Positions 37,930 to 52,256 of a stretch of DNA of 64,000 bases are shown piece after piece. Source of the DNA: Raillietiella orientalis (lineage: Eukaryota). Position 1 is the first letter of the stretch. Each line of letters opens with the position of its first letter. The stretch is taken from positions 5,456,001 to 5,520,000 of the forward strand of contig JAYWIR010000006.1 in NCBI GenBank assembly GCA_036172245.1, in the 5' to 3' direction. The position numbers were made by a program, and so were the translations under genes. The notes beneath the pieces are model-generated. The model saw nothing but the letters and a program-made list of their open reading frames with translations. It had not been told where the DNA came from and did not search any database.

Positions 37930-38434
37930 TCCGCTCCCTTAGCAAAGTAGCCTGATATGCAGCAATGTTCGAAGAATTGTCAATCAGATCTTGGCACGAA
38001 ATTTGGATGATGACAGATTGCTGAACACGTTTGACAACACAGGCACAGCGTTCCGAGACATAATGACCCACTGTTCGCGTTTCGACGACCGCTCTTGGTT
38101 GTCCGAAGAGTTCGTAAACCTTTCGGATCGATTCCAATCGGTGACCGTAGTGCCACGCCGCACTCCATCGGTCCATCAAAGCAACGCGGTGAAGTACATA
38201 CCACATTTTAGATGGATGCAATTCTTGCTTGCGCACCATGAAGGAGACCTGCACGGGCAGTGGGGGTATCTGGGGAATGTCTCGCAATCCATTGCTGAAA
38301 GGGAGAGCACGATTAATGAAGGTGCCTTCCAAATATGCCTTCTCACGACGGAAGGCCTTCTTTCCCCATTTATTTCACTTGGATGTTCTTACTGCAAACT
38401 CCGGCAATGCACTTTAATCCAGAGGCACACATAG
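37930..38434 (+). pseudogene. BACK-domain-like intronless remnant lying antisense between Cys-module exons
   Basis: HCSRFDDRSWLSEEFVNLSD resembles the BACK 'C..I...F..V..SEEFL.LS' helix; followed by AVK...W. Confidence 0.45.
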
Positions 38435-40833
38435 CATGAGAATCGCATTGGCAGCCCTCTGGTTTAGACGTGGGCGGACAATCAGCTAGCTCGCAAAAAG
38501 ACAACATGTTAGTTTGTGCACCATGCCACTAGTCTCCTTCCGTCTTTCCATAATAAACAAAAAAAACACACACGCACGCATTTCTTTTAACTCGGCTTAC
38601 GCTTCTCGTAAGGCACGTCTTCCTCCCGTTGCAAATCCACGTTGATCCAGTGCGTCACGAATGATTTATCAAGAGGGATGATTTTCGCTTTGAACGTTGG
38701 CGATTACGCAAACGGTTCGGCGAAACGATCCACACGAATCTCAATACGAACCGAATCCTGCATCGAATTCTCACAGAACAAGTGTACCTCAGGGTGCACC
38801 TAATTTTCCTCGTGTTAAAAACTGCACATTCATAAACACAGGATCACCACCACTACTACTACTACGACCATTGCACTGTAGCGACGAAAAAGTATGTGGT
38901 GATGGATTGGCCGCATGTTAAGCACGAGCCCTACAGCGTGTGTACGTTTCCAAGATTATTGAACAGATTATTGAACGTGTCAGGACAAGCAAATTTCTTG
39001 AGAAATCGGGTTGCAGCCTCTCGCCGTTCAACTCCAGAGATCCTCTTACTCCAAACGATCAGAGCGAGTGTTGCTGTTGGAAATGTCAGTTGGCTGAATG
39101 GCGGCAAGTGCCGCTGTCTCGGACGGTAAACGCGATACGAGTTTGCTCTCTTTGCCGTGCGAAAGTTCAGATCAGACGTTTGGTAGCTGGCATTCTAGGA
39201 AAAGGCGCGAGCCCAAGGGCGAATACATCGGGAAGCCAATCAGGATGCCGAACAGAACCACGGTAAAAATCCAACGAAATGGATTAAAAGAACGTGAGAA
39301 GCATCAGCAGCCACCACAAGTCGAAAGGACCTAACCATAAGATAGCTTTCCCATCTGTCGCTGCAAGGATAAATCGGGGAAGGAGGAGGGAGGGGGGTTC
39401 CTGCCGAAGCGATACGAGCATTTCAAAAATCGGCACAAAGAACGAATCCGTACTTTTCGCAAGATCTGTGACTGAAGGAACGACGAGCCGATTTCCTTGG
39501 TATACTCCGAGCAAATGAAGAAGGGAAGCGCCAATGAACTCACCGCAGTGCCCGTCGCCGCAGATTCCACTTCATGCATTTATCGCCGGACAAACAAGAA
39601 CATCCTTCAGGCTGCTTGTCTCTAGGGCACATCAAATCTTGGAGGATTTCTCTCCGAGTCCGGACAGGTCAATACTCACTGCAAATGCCTTCCATGCATT
39701 TGTATGGAAAAGTGCAATTGCCCAGCTGGGAGCACGGGCACCTATATCCTCCGATCACCTTATTGCAGACTTCTTCGATTGGGATGATAATTAGGAAGAA
39801 GTCATCGTCATCTGAGTACACATTTACCGCATTTCCCACTGGCACCACATTCCAGACCGTCGATGCAGGAGATCCCTTCTGAACAGGAGAATCAAACGGA
39901 GCTTTCCCGGCTCTCGACATGCTAGAATTCATCCGAGGACAGTTTGTAGTAAGGACTTCAAGAAAGTAGCAGCAGAAGAGGAAAAAACAGGAAACTTGCC
40001 TTACGTTACTTTGAAAAGAATTCTTGCTTGTAATCACACTCTTTTTAAGAAAGCAAATCGGAGCAGCATTGTCATTTATTGAAAGCACAAAGAGCTTCAT
40101 GGCCCATAGCATTCCGCCACACTACATTATCAATGCAACCTGAGCACTAACTGCTTATCGAGAAAGGCAACCAAAAGACTGAGATACTGACCTTCAATTT
40201 CTTTGCTTGGACCTAAAATGCAAAATATGTGATCAAATTGATGATCATCGCCATCTGACAGCAATGATTAAAGTTTTGCTTTCAGACTTCCCATTTCTCG
40301 CTTTTGCTCTCTCGAAGCACCCTTTCACGCAAGCGAATGAAAAAGCGGAGGGTTGCAGTACTCTTTAAGTTTGCTCCAACCAACCCAGTGCTCAGAAAAT
40401 CCATCTTTCCATCGAAAAGCAATGAGACTCTAATTGTTCCGGCTCGAAATCTTCCCAAGTAGGGACATGGGTCTTCTGCAATCGTAGATTGCCAGGTCTA
40501 TTCAACACGTCTCGGCAGGAAAACATGTCTTTGACCTGTCAGTGTCGTCCCGATCAGATGACTGGATATGTTTTCTACGTAAGTTGTTGAAACTTTGCAC
40601 GAGATGCCCCTCAGCCAGCATAGAAATGTCTCGTTGAAATCTTCGAGTTCTCAACGTGCAGTTAGGGACTTTCCTGTTAATCGCTGACTTGAGTGGACCC
40701 ATTCATAAGAATCATGATGAATAAAAAGCTGCAAGTTCCACGCCGGCACGAGCCAAACTACTTTCCTTCCGCTGAAGGGTGATTTTCGCAGCAGGGTGAA
40801 CAGCTGCGAAATTCAAGAAGCATAGAAATCAAG

Positions 40834-41043
40834 GTGAGGTATATGGAGAGAAGGGGAAGAAGAAAGGACTTGTTATGGATTTGCATTAGGGATCCATGGC
40901 TGGACTCGGTCGAGGAGCAACTCCAAGAAAAAGAGTTTGGTACAAAGTCAGCGCAAGCAAGCAAGGTGAAGGGGAATCTGAATTTTCTTGAATGCTCTTC
41001 CAATGCTTGCCTCATTAATGTAAAGACTCCCGCGCACTCTTAG
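40834..41043 (+). pseudogene. BACK C-terminal-like remnant
   Basis: ERRGRRKDLLWICIRDPWL resembles 'R...L..LL..IRFPLL'. Confidence 0.3.
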
Positions 41044-42225
41044 GCGTACCGATCGTTCTCATCTCAACGGATCTCACGTTCAACGATGAGCAGCACGCGC
41101 ACGCGCATACGCATGCAGGTGTCTCGAGGTGCACCTTGTTTCTGAAGAGATTACGTATTCTTTAAAAGGAGGAATTCTAGATGTCGCCTTCATGAATATG
41201 GAGTGACGAAGAAAACGGAAAAAGGAAGAAAACGTACATGCATTTGCTATGCACTTGTTATCAGGTCCACAGCAACCCCAGCACTCGTTCCCTTTCCCTT
41301 TCGAACATGGGCAGTCGGGTTGTTTGATTGCTTGCTTATCGCAAGGGAGAGTTTCTTTGGGTTCTGGAAAGGTAGAATTATTCAGATACCATTTGGATTG
41401 TCGGCTGCATCCGGCAGCAGCATCTGCACCATTCAAAGAAAATGAAAACTTTCAGCTTCGCAAGTCAATCAGCACATCGGGATCTGTGAAGGATAGCGCT
41501 TCGAAAGGTACTCACCAGAAAGTGCGATGCCGTGATCAGAGAGGAGTGTTTAACCGGCCCCGAAGGAGGATCAGAGTGAATTCGGTTCGGACACGATACG
41601 GCATTCTAGTGAATACAAGGGTTGAATTCTTGCGGCAAAGCAAGTGATTTGTTCGAAAGCGAGAACGATCCTCTAAATCCCTTCTGATTGGAACCTCCTC
41701 GTACCTCAGAGATCACCCGGAGTGCCTCTTCTCTAAACAATCCGTGAAAGGCGAAACTTCAAACCCTGGCAACTGTAACGACGCAGATGCTCCTGCATCG
41801 TCCAGCACCCAAGGTCGGTGCGTCGTCGTAAGTACAGCCTATGCTGTTGGTCCAGACAAGAGAAGCCCAAATATGCCAACCCGAGGGTTTTAGATCGCTC
41901 CGTGGAGAGCGATGATCCCACCTAGCACATGTGCAGAAAGAAGTAACGTCTGGGCTTGAGGTGCAGATGCTGCTTTACAGATGCCGTGGTGTGCCTCTGA
42001 TTGCAAGAGGTGAAACAGGTTCTTCTTACGTAACAGAATCAAAAGTTCCGCACAAAAGAAGGAAGGACTAGCAGTAGCCATATGAAGAACGGACTTAACA
42101 TTTGATAATAAGCCGATATATCCTTAAAGACGCGAGGAAAGGCGGAAGATGCCCAAGAGTTGAAATTGAGGAAACGTAGCATAGATGGAAAGTCGGAAAA
42201 GAAAATCTCCTCACCGTCGGGGCAT

Positions 42226-43030
42226 TCACACTGGAAAACATCGAATTTGAGTCCGAATTTCCTGACGAAGGTTGATGTAGAGATGGTGGCTCCTTGCGTT
42301 TAGGGTATCAGTACTGAAACCAAAGAGAGAGGGGATCGGCTCGACCGATCGAGAGCAGAAAATGAACATCTTCAATTGAGTATCCCAAAAATTGGCGATG
42401 CATCCCAAGAATGGTTCCAGTTTTGCATCAATGATGATCACTCGCAACCGTTTTTCATGAAACGGTTGCGAGGAATGAGTTCCGATGCCGCCGTTGCTAA
42501 GCTGCTGCGAGAGTGCGACGGACGGAGCAGCAGGCGATGCGATAAAGTGCATTGTCTGGAGCAGCGCTGACGCAGCGGACAGCAAACGATTCCCTTCACG
42601 TCTTGTGAAAGGCAGCGAATTTTGAAATTAGAATGGCTGCAGCAGCATTTTAACCTCAGTCACGGCCTAACGACTCGTTAGCGTTCAGTGTGATTTCCGC
42701 GTCCAACACATCTTCCACACATTCTTTGTGGTGGCAGCACGGTCCTATTGCAGTGAACGGAAAAGCAACTGCGACATTGGTATCCGCTGATCTCGGAGAC
42801 CATTTTCGATGATTCCTTCTCACATCTCAAGACATTTCTGTGATGTTTCCAGCGATGTCCCATGCAGTCGAATGCGTGAGCTTGAGAGAAACTGCCGCTT
42901 GAAAAGATCTTGCGGCCTCACACTACAGCCTTTTTCCTCGACCCGATGTATTTCATGTGTAACAGAACAGTACGAGACAGAGAAGGTCATCCTAATGTGC
43001 AAATCAGAAGTGATGATTGAAAAATAAACA
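42226..43030 (+). pseudogene. BTB/BACK-like remnant
   Basis: SPNFLTKVDVEMV and IGDASQEWFQFCINDDH...AVAKLLRECD...HCLEQ show the helical pattern; stops are present. Confidence 0.35.
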
Positions 43031-46000
43031 GGCGCGGAAGAAAATCGTTCTTTTGCGTTTGCTTCACTGATTCTACCTTGTGGATCTATTCTCGATGCTG
43101 GACCGATGGGTCTGGCAATGTTGCGCAGCAAAATGGCAATAAGATCATACTATATCCACTGATAATCCATTCCAACTGCATTAGAATCATGCACTTCCGT
43201 ATTTTATTTGGTGCCTTCCTCATTCCTTGAAGCCATGACACTCAAGTAAGGACCACGCTTCCTCTGCAGCATCGAACGCTTTTCTAGAGGGTCAAACTGA
43301 ATTCTGAGCGCTTTTCTAGCGAGATCTTTCCGCCTGGAATTCTGAGTTTCCCTTCACTGAACGACGGCCCTTCTTTAAAGTTACAACTGCGGAGACTTCT
43401 TTTTGCCAAGAGCTCCCTGTTTCCCTAAAATTTCTTTCAGAGTAACTGCATACCCCCCTCCTCTTCGAGGTGCTACATGAGGAAGTCGTAGTAACTGCTT
43501 CCTTCATTCCCTTTACTACACGATATGCAAGCGTTTGCAAAAAATTGGATCCGGCGCCGATTCTGAGAACTACTCCTGAGATGTGATTCGCACTTATCAA
43601 GCTGTTGCCAACTCGAGAGTTTCCCGGGTGAACTTGCAAACGATGTTTCTGTATTCCGAAGCGAAGTTGGTCCATCGAGAGTAACTCTCCTTAGGGATTA
43701 GCCTTGTTTTAGGTGGCATTCGTGAGTTCGATCACGAATAGTGGCAGACAAAAGGCATGGCATGAAGATTCACCTCAAAGCAACTCGATTGCTACTTCCT
43801 CTTGCAGGTTTCGTCTCTTCTAGGGGAGAGACCTTGGCTCGTGTCGGCTCGTTGTTTGCAGCCTTGACTGTTTTTGGTATCACAGTAGAGTGTAAGTTTT
43901 CTCCTTCATTACGTCCTGCTTCTAGGGAAAAGGGTGAGTGCGAACGCGACTATACACACGTATCGTGTTCGCCCAAAGCTATCCTTCATACTCCTGAGCT
44001 GCAAGCACCCTACGAAGGCACCCCACCCCCCTCTCCTTCCTAATCAGCAACAGGTCGCCGCTCTGTGCTCCCGAAAATCAGTTCCGAGAAGGCTCCTGTT
44101 CGGAAATGCTCAGCTTCAATTTCTGCGGAATTCGCTTGTGTTAAGACCACGTGCAAAGTTGCTGAGGGTGGAAAGGCTGCTGTATTCTCTTCCAGTGGCG
44201 ACGTCATTCCGGAAAAACGTCTCACGCTTGGTCCAGGGATCAATCTTCTATTCGTTTTCTTCGAAGGCAAATCCATTTCTCCTTGAATCATCTTTTGCAT
44301 GCTTCAAAGCAGCTGACGACAAACCCGCTCCTGTGAGACCGGACAAGTTTCCTTGTCCGGTCAGAAAATACGGAAGTGCGAGTTAACCAAAACGGTCTTA
44401 TTATCAGCACGAAGACGGATGACCAAAAATGCAAAAAGGTTTTTTGCTCGCAGCTCCGCTCGAAACAAAACTTTGGTCCATTCCTCTTGCACACAGCCTG
44501 TTCGCCGAATCACCCGTTCTTGAGAGAATTCGGGGTTTTTTCCTTGGCTACGAAATTCGCCTTCGCCTCGCACATGCACAGCGGAAAAGGCAATTACTCG
44601 ATGCTCCTATCGAATAAAGGAGATGTAGAAATAGCTATTGGAATTGGGAATCGGAGACTAGACATCCGTCAGCTTTGGGACCCTCGCCTCTTCCGTGGCA
44701 TGGAACATTCCTTTTGCCTCGAATCCACATAACCACTTACTCCTTCCTGTCTTGCGTTTTCATTCGGCTGGTTTCATTCTGTCTGTGCAAAGAATCGTCC
44801 AAGCACTCAAATACATGATTTTCCTAAACACGCCCAAATGTTCGCATCCTTCGATCAAGAGAAGCTATTTAGGCAGACACTACTGCAGCAGCAACAAAAG
44901 CATCCATGGCCTGCCGCATAAAATGGCTTTTAGCCATCCAATTGAAGGAACAAACAGGAAGGGAACGAGCAGATGAGCAAATTACTGTGGGCATCTAAGT
45001 ATTTCATTGTTTCGTGACAACTGGCTCACCTTTGCTGGACGAGTCTTCCGTCCGTTGAACTCCTCTGTGCTTAGAAATGCACGCCCCAGTCTCTGTTTGT
45101 CTCCTCTCTTCTGCCTGTTTTCAACTTTCCTCGACAGTCCTCAGTGTAACGTTCTTCCCAAATGACGTGAGTGAATTCAATAAACCATCCAACAAACGTA
45201 GCAGTTTCCGCATCACCTTGCTGACGAAGCAAAGTGCCTATTCCAGAGTTTTACTTGCAGCAATAAATCCACAGTCCGCATTCAGTTCACGCAAGGCATG
45301 GGATCCGCCTTTCCGAACCCGTTCGAAGAGATGATTGCATCGAGATCTGGGCTCACGGAACGCATACAATTTGCCACTAAGACAGAGACTGACTGAGACT
45401 TCCGTATGCATTCCCACTTGAAACGAAACTCACAGACAAATAGTACATATTTTTTGTTTGATTTCGCTTTGGCAGGAATGGTTCGTTTGTCCTGCAGTTT
45501 GTGCTGGCGCACAGGAGTTCCAAGTTGACATTTTATCCTGCTTTTGGCCAAAAACACTTTCTCTTCCTTACTCCCTCCATAGGGATTTTCGGAATGTCGA
45601 GATCGCGCATTCGACATGTTCTCTTCCTGAGCCCGCAAATCCTAAAAGTTGAATTTCGACAGGGCCCGCAGCCTCTGTCATCAGGTTCTGGCCGGAGAAA
45701 TCAGACATCAAGAACATCCAAAATCCCAATCTCCCAGGCGATGGACGGAATACCATGAAGATTGCAAGACTGTGGGAAAGAAAGCATCCACGAAGGTATA
45801 CATCGTGTTCTCCTCCGCGAAACTGCCCGTTTTGCCGTCAGGTTTCAGAGAGTACGTTCCGGACTGAAGGGCGAATTCTTGCTCGGACTTGGTTTTGCAT
45901 CAGGAGAGGCCCTTCTGTTCTTTTCAAAGGCGAAGTGTGTGAACTGTGCAGACGAGAACGAACACTGACACAGTGAAATGCCTTGCGGAGCCGATTGAGT

Positions 46001-46079
46001 ACTAGGAACGCACATTCAGTTCAAAGAATGAAATGATGACCCAAAGCTTTGTCGCGATGGGATTTTTCACCGAGTGTGA

Positions 46080-46800
46080 AATTCCGCTTTCATACTTTGA
46101 AGCACAAAGTGTCTCTCCCACCTCGGTCAGTGCGAGATGACTAAGCTAACATCTGGGTAGGCAGGCACGCGCGCGCGCCCATCTTATTTGCAAGCCCTGT
46201 ACCTTCTTCACCGCTTTTGTTCCCGCAAAGTATGTGCTGACTCTGCATCTCTGAGACTTTGTTCAAAGTTATCGAATGTGCTGTGAAGCACGACATGGTC
46301 TCTTGAGTCCCTTTAGCCATTTCTGCATCCAGGAATTGGACTCTGAAACATCATCACAAAGGAAAAAGTCTCGATAGTCGTCCGTCAAAGGTCTTCACCA
46401 TCGGTGAAGTGACCAAAACTGCACTGCACAATTTCATAAAGACATTGCAGAATGCTTGAATGTCTACGGGTTTCATGATTCGCCAGCTATTTCAGCTCTT
46501 AGGAAGCGGTGGGGAGATGTTGCATCAGCAAGAAAAAGCAGATGTGCTGAAGCTACAGGCTGAAGAGAAAGCACTACAGGTTTACGTTGATAGCAAGATT
46601 AGCTAGAAGTGCCTCCAAGGAACACGAACGATGCTAATACTTTCGCTTTGCAAACGAACGGCGATGGATGGCAGAAGAAAAAAGTACGACGATGAAAAAC
46701 GAGGAACAGAATGCAATTCATTAAGGAATTCTCTTCCAATGTTGCTTCGTAAGATGTTGATATCTAAAAGATTCCGAAAAGCACTTCATCAATCGTTTTC
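46080..46800 (+). pseudogene. BTB-domain-like remnant
   Basis: KVFTIGEVTKTALHNFIKTL...*...LFQLLGSG resembles BTB 'I.I.DV....F..LL.Y.Y...L.LL.AA'. Confidence 0.35.
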
Positions 46801-49800
46801 TACCACTTGGTAGGAGTTTTCCAACAGAATGAGCTGTCTTTTCAAGATACTATTGGTTGCCTCATCACTGTGGACATGGATTCTGCTATGAACCAATTAC
46901 AGACCAAATTCAAATGCTGTCTTGTAGAGAGGAAAGATCTCAGCGTTCCTATATTGCGGGGCACTAGAAGTCCCTCTCCAATGTGGGCGAGGATATTAGG
47001 AGATTCCCGTGACCACCGGATACCCCACGTTTGCTTGACTGGTGAGAAATCCAGAGCGTATTCTCAAGCGTTAGAGTTTCAAGTGCGTTGACTTCCCCAT
47101 TACAAATACAGGTTTTTCGTCGTCTTTTTCTCATTGATACGTGAAGAGAGCGAGAGAAGGAAAGGAGGAAAAGGAGAAAGGGGGGGGGGGCATATGTACC
47201 TTGGGTCGACGAGAAAAAGATGCTTCCATTAGCAAATAGACCATTTACTGATATGATTCAGACATCACGATCCCACCTTTCTTTCGGTATTACAACCACT
47301 GCACGGGCGATGATCATCCACTTAACACAAACGTATTAAGCATTAAACGTCGCCGAAAGAATAGCTGGCAATGAAAGAGTCGTTGGTCAGCATGACCCCG
47401 TTTATTTTCATTGATTATCTTTTATGCCGAGGTTCTCTGCGAAAGGAAAGTATGTGCTACGTCCAAACCAGATAGGCAGTACCTGGAGGGAAGAATGAAT
47501 AAAGAGACTACGGCACTGCACACATTGCATTTTGCAAGGGGGAATTAAAGCATTCTAGTTTCTAGATTCGTTTCCTGCCGTCTCCGAGTGAGCACTGATG
47601 GAAGAATATGGAATCATTGTAAAACTTTCACTAGTCATCCGAGCGAACGCAAGCGACTGTAAAAAATAAGAGCTTTCCGATTTCACAGGACTGCATGCTC
47701 CGCCTCTGTCAAGCATCGCAGAGAAAACTGGCAAACGAGGAAGACTCGCTTTCTCACCTGACGGAACACGTGTGCTGGGGGAATGTCAAAGAAAAGTGAC
47801 AAGGCTTGCCGCAACCCTCCGTTCCATGTGATGATGTCCACTCGAAGGTTTCCTTGCAGCCCTCGCCGAATTTCACCTTTTCTTGTCTGTAGCACCCTTC
47901 GTCATCTGCAGAGTACATTATATTCATTTCACAGTGTGGAACAAATTTCTGTTTTACATGCTATTGCAAAATGCCTTTCTACTTCCTCGATCCCACATGC
48001 ATTCTGCGCCTTGCAGTAATACGTTTTATTCATGAGAGTTTGCAAATTTCCAGTTATCTTCAAACGAAGAGGCGACTCCTCGGCTCTGCATGCATGTTGG
48101 GAAGGATGCATGTGAACGCCATTTTGAAAACAATAGGTTGTCTTACGCATGCTTTAGCATGGGACCTTCTTTGTCTTTTCCAAAACTGGCATTGAAAGGC
48201 CCATTGGAGTTGATGACGCAGAATATGCTTATATGCCTGGCCTCAATTTGAGAGGGGAAAGACTATTTTCACCCTCGCTTCAGCTAGAAATGCAAACAAA
48301 TGGAACTGCAGCATCTTATTTTCTCAAAAAGAGGGGGAAAAACATGGTACAGTTGATGAGAATCAGTTTTTTTTTATTTCCAGTCTATTTTATTTTTTCT
48401 TCACCTGAATCAGGTGAGAGCTGTTTCAAAGTGGTGGTCACAGCAGAAAAATGTTTGGAAGTTTTACCAGCACAAGGTTTGCATTGGGAAATGACTCCGA
48501 CAAACCACTTCCAGTCAACGGCGAATTCTCATGAGAGCAAAGAACGTATTTATCCAAATCAAGATGGAGGAAAAAAAAAAACATTTCCCTGATTCTCACT
48601 CAGCCTCCCACGCTCTCGAGTCTTCTGCACAAATACTTTCCGAAACACTTGTGGGCATGCAGAACGTTAAGGAACATACGACCGTTTTCAGTACCACTTT
48701 TAAGCACATCTGAAGCTGTCGGGACTCCTCTCGGACACGTAGCAACACGAATACTTACTTCAGTGCTACAAATTGCTAGCGCATAGCCTTTGCCACTCTG
48801 ATAAGGCTACCCACACAGCCAAGCTCATAGAGTGTTCAAGATCGAGCTCATTCAGAGAGATATTGTGCGACTCCCGAAGCTGAAAAGTGCTGGAGACTGA
48901 AGCTCTCCGACGATCTTTTCTGGAGAAAGGACATGGACTACAGAAAGGTGCACTAGAGCTCCAAGTACCAGAACGAAGGGTAAGAAAGGGACAGTCAAGG
49001 GAGCGAAGCTACAGAGAAAGAAAAAACCGCCTGTGTTAAACTCTGAAAAGGCCCTTAAAAACGACGAAGTTGTATCATGAAGGTGTATGTCTCTAATCGT
49101 CGACACGCAAGCTTAATTGCAGTGAAATCCTATCCTTTGAAGAGAGAGGATAGAGAGAGAATGCCACTTCCATTGGAATAAAAGTAGGAGGAACGAGTGA
49201 ATGAAGGCGACCCTGCTCATCATAGAAGGATCTTAACGTTCGATAAAAGATTTGGCTATTCCCACCCACTACATGAAATAATTCGCGCCTGTTTCAATCC
49301 CTGATCGCAACGCAAATCAAAGATTCACATGGAAAACATGCCTCAGCAGCAACAAATTTAGATAACAGGAAATGAACTCCTTAAAGACCTCAAGCAAAAA
49401 GGCACACCACCAACTGTGTCGAGCGTGGGTGCTCATTAGGCAGAAATCATGGTCAGATGAACAAAACGTCTCTTGAAATCAAACTCACATTCTTGGGATA
49501 AAATGCGCACAGGAGCTTCTACTTGGCGTACAAAGGGGATTCCCTCGGTAGTCAAGCCTTTGACCTAGAATGATGTTTATGATGAGAGCAAAGCCGCAGT
49601 AGTGACAGAAGATACGATGAGATGCATGAATAACATTTAATAATAATAACATTCATTCTCTTCGAAATATTTCGAAAGCAATTTGCTCCTGCTCGGCAGC
49701 GCTGATCTCAGTAGAACAGAGCGGTCCAGAATACAAGTCTCCAAGCTCCAAGAAAATGGCGAAACAAAGGAATATATGGAAGTCGGAACAAGAATTTATT

Positions 49801-52163
49801 TGTTTAAATTTGCACTTATTTCATTTTGTTTTATTTTTCATTGCGATTCCGAATAATGAGAGTATTATTGCAAAGGCGCACGCATTGTTTTTGGCAAGAC
49901 CACTATAAAATTTGATGCTGTATTAGATGCAGCATCATTTCTTCGAGAGCGGCGTTCATGTGTGAAAGCCAGCATGCACTCGCGAGATTCGGAGAGAAGC
50001 GTTTCCAGCAACGAATTCAGGACTGCTTCCATTTGAAGAGTCATTTTCTCGAAACTGGGCGATTCTCCATAGCCTGGAATCAGCCCGGTTTCCGAGATCT
50101 CTCTTGGAATGTGAGTCGATGAAAAATTTACAGCATGCGAACCTATCCAGCCAGAGTGCACCCTAAAGACGGTTTTCATGATGCAAGAAAGGAACCAGCC
50201 GATGTCTGTGCGAGGAAATGATTCTTTATTCCAGGTCAAAGACCATAGATATGATTGGATGGATGCAGTGTTGTGACACGATTTTTGAGTAGCTGTCGAA
50301 CTTCTGTGGCGAAGTTGATAGAGTGGAAATTGGATACTCAAGAGATCGGATATGCTAAAGAGATTCCTTCTGCCAAACGGTAGATCAGCAAAAAGGCAAT
50401 CTTTCAGAAAAGCAAATGACAATAAAAGTAGCGCGAAATTTTATGCAATTGTCTGTTTTCACAGTCAGTTGCATTACTTTTCCTGAAGCTTCTTGAGCCA
50501 TTTTCATTCTGCTTTGGAAAAAAAGTGTAGAATCGCAACTCCAATTCTTGGATGAGGTATACTTATCGAATTCGAGTTTTGAAGAGTTCAAGTTTAAAAA
50601 AAAAATCCCACCATTGGAATGAGAATCGAGACGCGGATTAAATTGTAATCACTTCCGAATTTCATCTTATTACCACCTACGGGGAGTACCATGTACAAAG
50701 AGCAACACGGAAAGCACCTAAAGAAAAAGTGACGTTTCCTGAGGTCAAAGTTCATCACGATTTGATAAGCGTCAATTTCAGGTCAGATCCAGGCTGCAGT
50801 GCCATTCAAATACTCAAAGTACCTTTGCAAAACCATAGTCTATCAAGACTGCTCCAATTCCGTAAAGAGAAAAGTTAGGATTCTTCAAAGGCCTCTCCAC
50901 CTCCAGTTTCTTTATGCCTGTTCGATCGACGAAGTGAACTGAATTTATAAATTTCACAGTGTCAAATGGAATCGGGTAGAGGAAGTACTTCAAGTCTGAG
51001 ATTCCTGAAAATTAAAGTAATCATGGATTAAAGCTTGCAATTTTCATTCAGCTGAAAATTTCTAGATGAAAGAATGCTTTTCTGAATTCTTCATTGGTTT
51101 CGCATTTTCGCTTGTTCTGACAGTTTTTCTACTTTTAAGCTCAAACCAAAAAAAACATTCTTCCATCATTCTTCCTCTTGTTTATGTTAAAATTTCTGCA
51201 GCAGTAACTATCGGAGACTCGAATTCGTATCGTGCCTCGTGTTTCAAAATATGTTTCAGTACAACCGCTGCTGTTCGCTTCAAGAAAAAATGGCGCTGCC
51301 GCGGTATTTTTTAGGAAAAATGAGCCTTCCTTCTGCATGTGGCATCTCTATGACCGACCGTCTTGTGCTTATCGGAGTGAGCGTTTCTGAACGAAGGAGA
51401 TTCTCCCGTTTGTCTGTAACATACGTGAGTGAGTTTCGATGCATCAAACACGGGGATAGAGCGAAGAAGCGAATGCTGTGGACGACATTAACTGAATTAT
51501 GCAGCACAAAAAAAAAGCAGAAACAACAACAGGGACGACAAAGTTCTGAGGATCATTTATTACGTTCTCATCTCACTGGTCCAAAAAAAGCCGCTATCGT
51601 GGAAGATTCTTTTCTTTTCAGACACGAAACATGAAGATTTCGTTTCGCATGATACACCCGCATTCAGCGTTCTTACTACCATCATCAAGAGCCCCAAGAG
51701 TCCAACATGAAGATTCCTGCTGATCCGTTATTTTTAAGGCAGTCCCGGAGATAGCTGCGAGCATGTGAAAGCTCTCTCTGCATATGTTCTCAATCACTCG
51801 CGTTACTTTCCCGAAAATGTTCCGCTGCTGCTGTCAATGCGGGACCTAGTAGTGCCTCACTTTTGTTGGAGAGGAAGAAAATTTCCCGATTCTCCGATAG
51901 GGGTTGGTTTCAATCAAACTAACACCGGTTCAATGGTTGCATTTACGCGAGGCATTGATTTAAGCGCACGTTTGGTTCAAGACTGGATGTTCAGCCCACC
52001 AAGGACACCAATGTAAAAGCTGATGATGTGAATTTGAAAGGTTTTAATGTCTCTGAACGGACAAGTAAAGACCTGAAGATGGGAGAGAACGCTCATAACC
52101 AGATGTGAAGGACGTAAACTACGTACTAGACGAACCAAGAAACCACCCTTAAAGCACGTCCTT

Positions 52164-52256
52164 AACGAGCTCCTATCTGTTTGTCTGATTTGCTTGTTTA
52201 TCTGATTCTCAACGATTTGTTTGTCTGATTATCCTCAATAAAGTAGGGAGCTCGTT
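52164..52256. mobile_element. Tiny MITE-like element: 10-bp terminal inverted repeats around an internal tandem repeat
   Basis: aacgagctcc...ggagctcgtt, with tgttt(g/a)tctgatt x3 inside. Confidence 0.45.

Larger units (their letters stand above)
36392..48840 (-). pseudogene. Further decayed exons of the Cys-rich repeat gene family (one or more paralogs)
   Basis: DVCIPSWGGKNCPCPCAPDYKC (36.4k), CTSIPLPPSCPCSKPKDCTIKSCSARKC (37.1k, paralog of the 31.0k exon), CPRDKQPEGCSCLSGDKC with a +1 frameshift (39.6k), EVCNKVIGGYRCPCSQLGNCTFPYKCMEGIC (39.7k), QPDCPCSKGKGNECWGCC (41.3k), GCFCCCCSSVCLNSFS* (44.9k) and EGCYRQEKVKFGEGCKETFEW (47.9k). Confidence 0.7.

Noticed and set aside
38953..38976. Small tandem duplications (agattattgaac x2; also ttgaaccca(t/g)tctca x2 near 54111)
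   Set aside because: Ordinary slippage events with no evidence of function.
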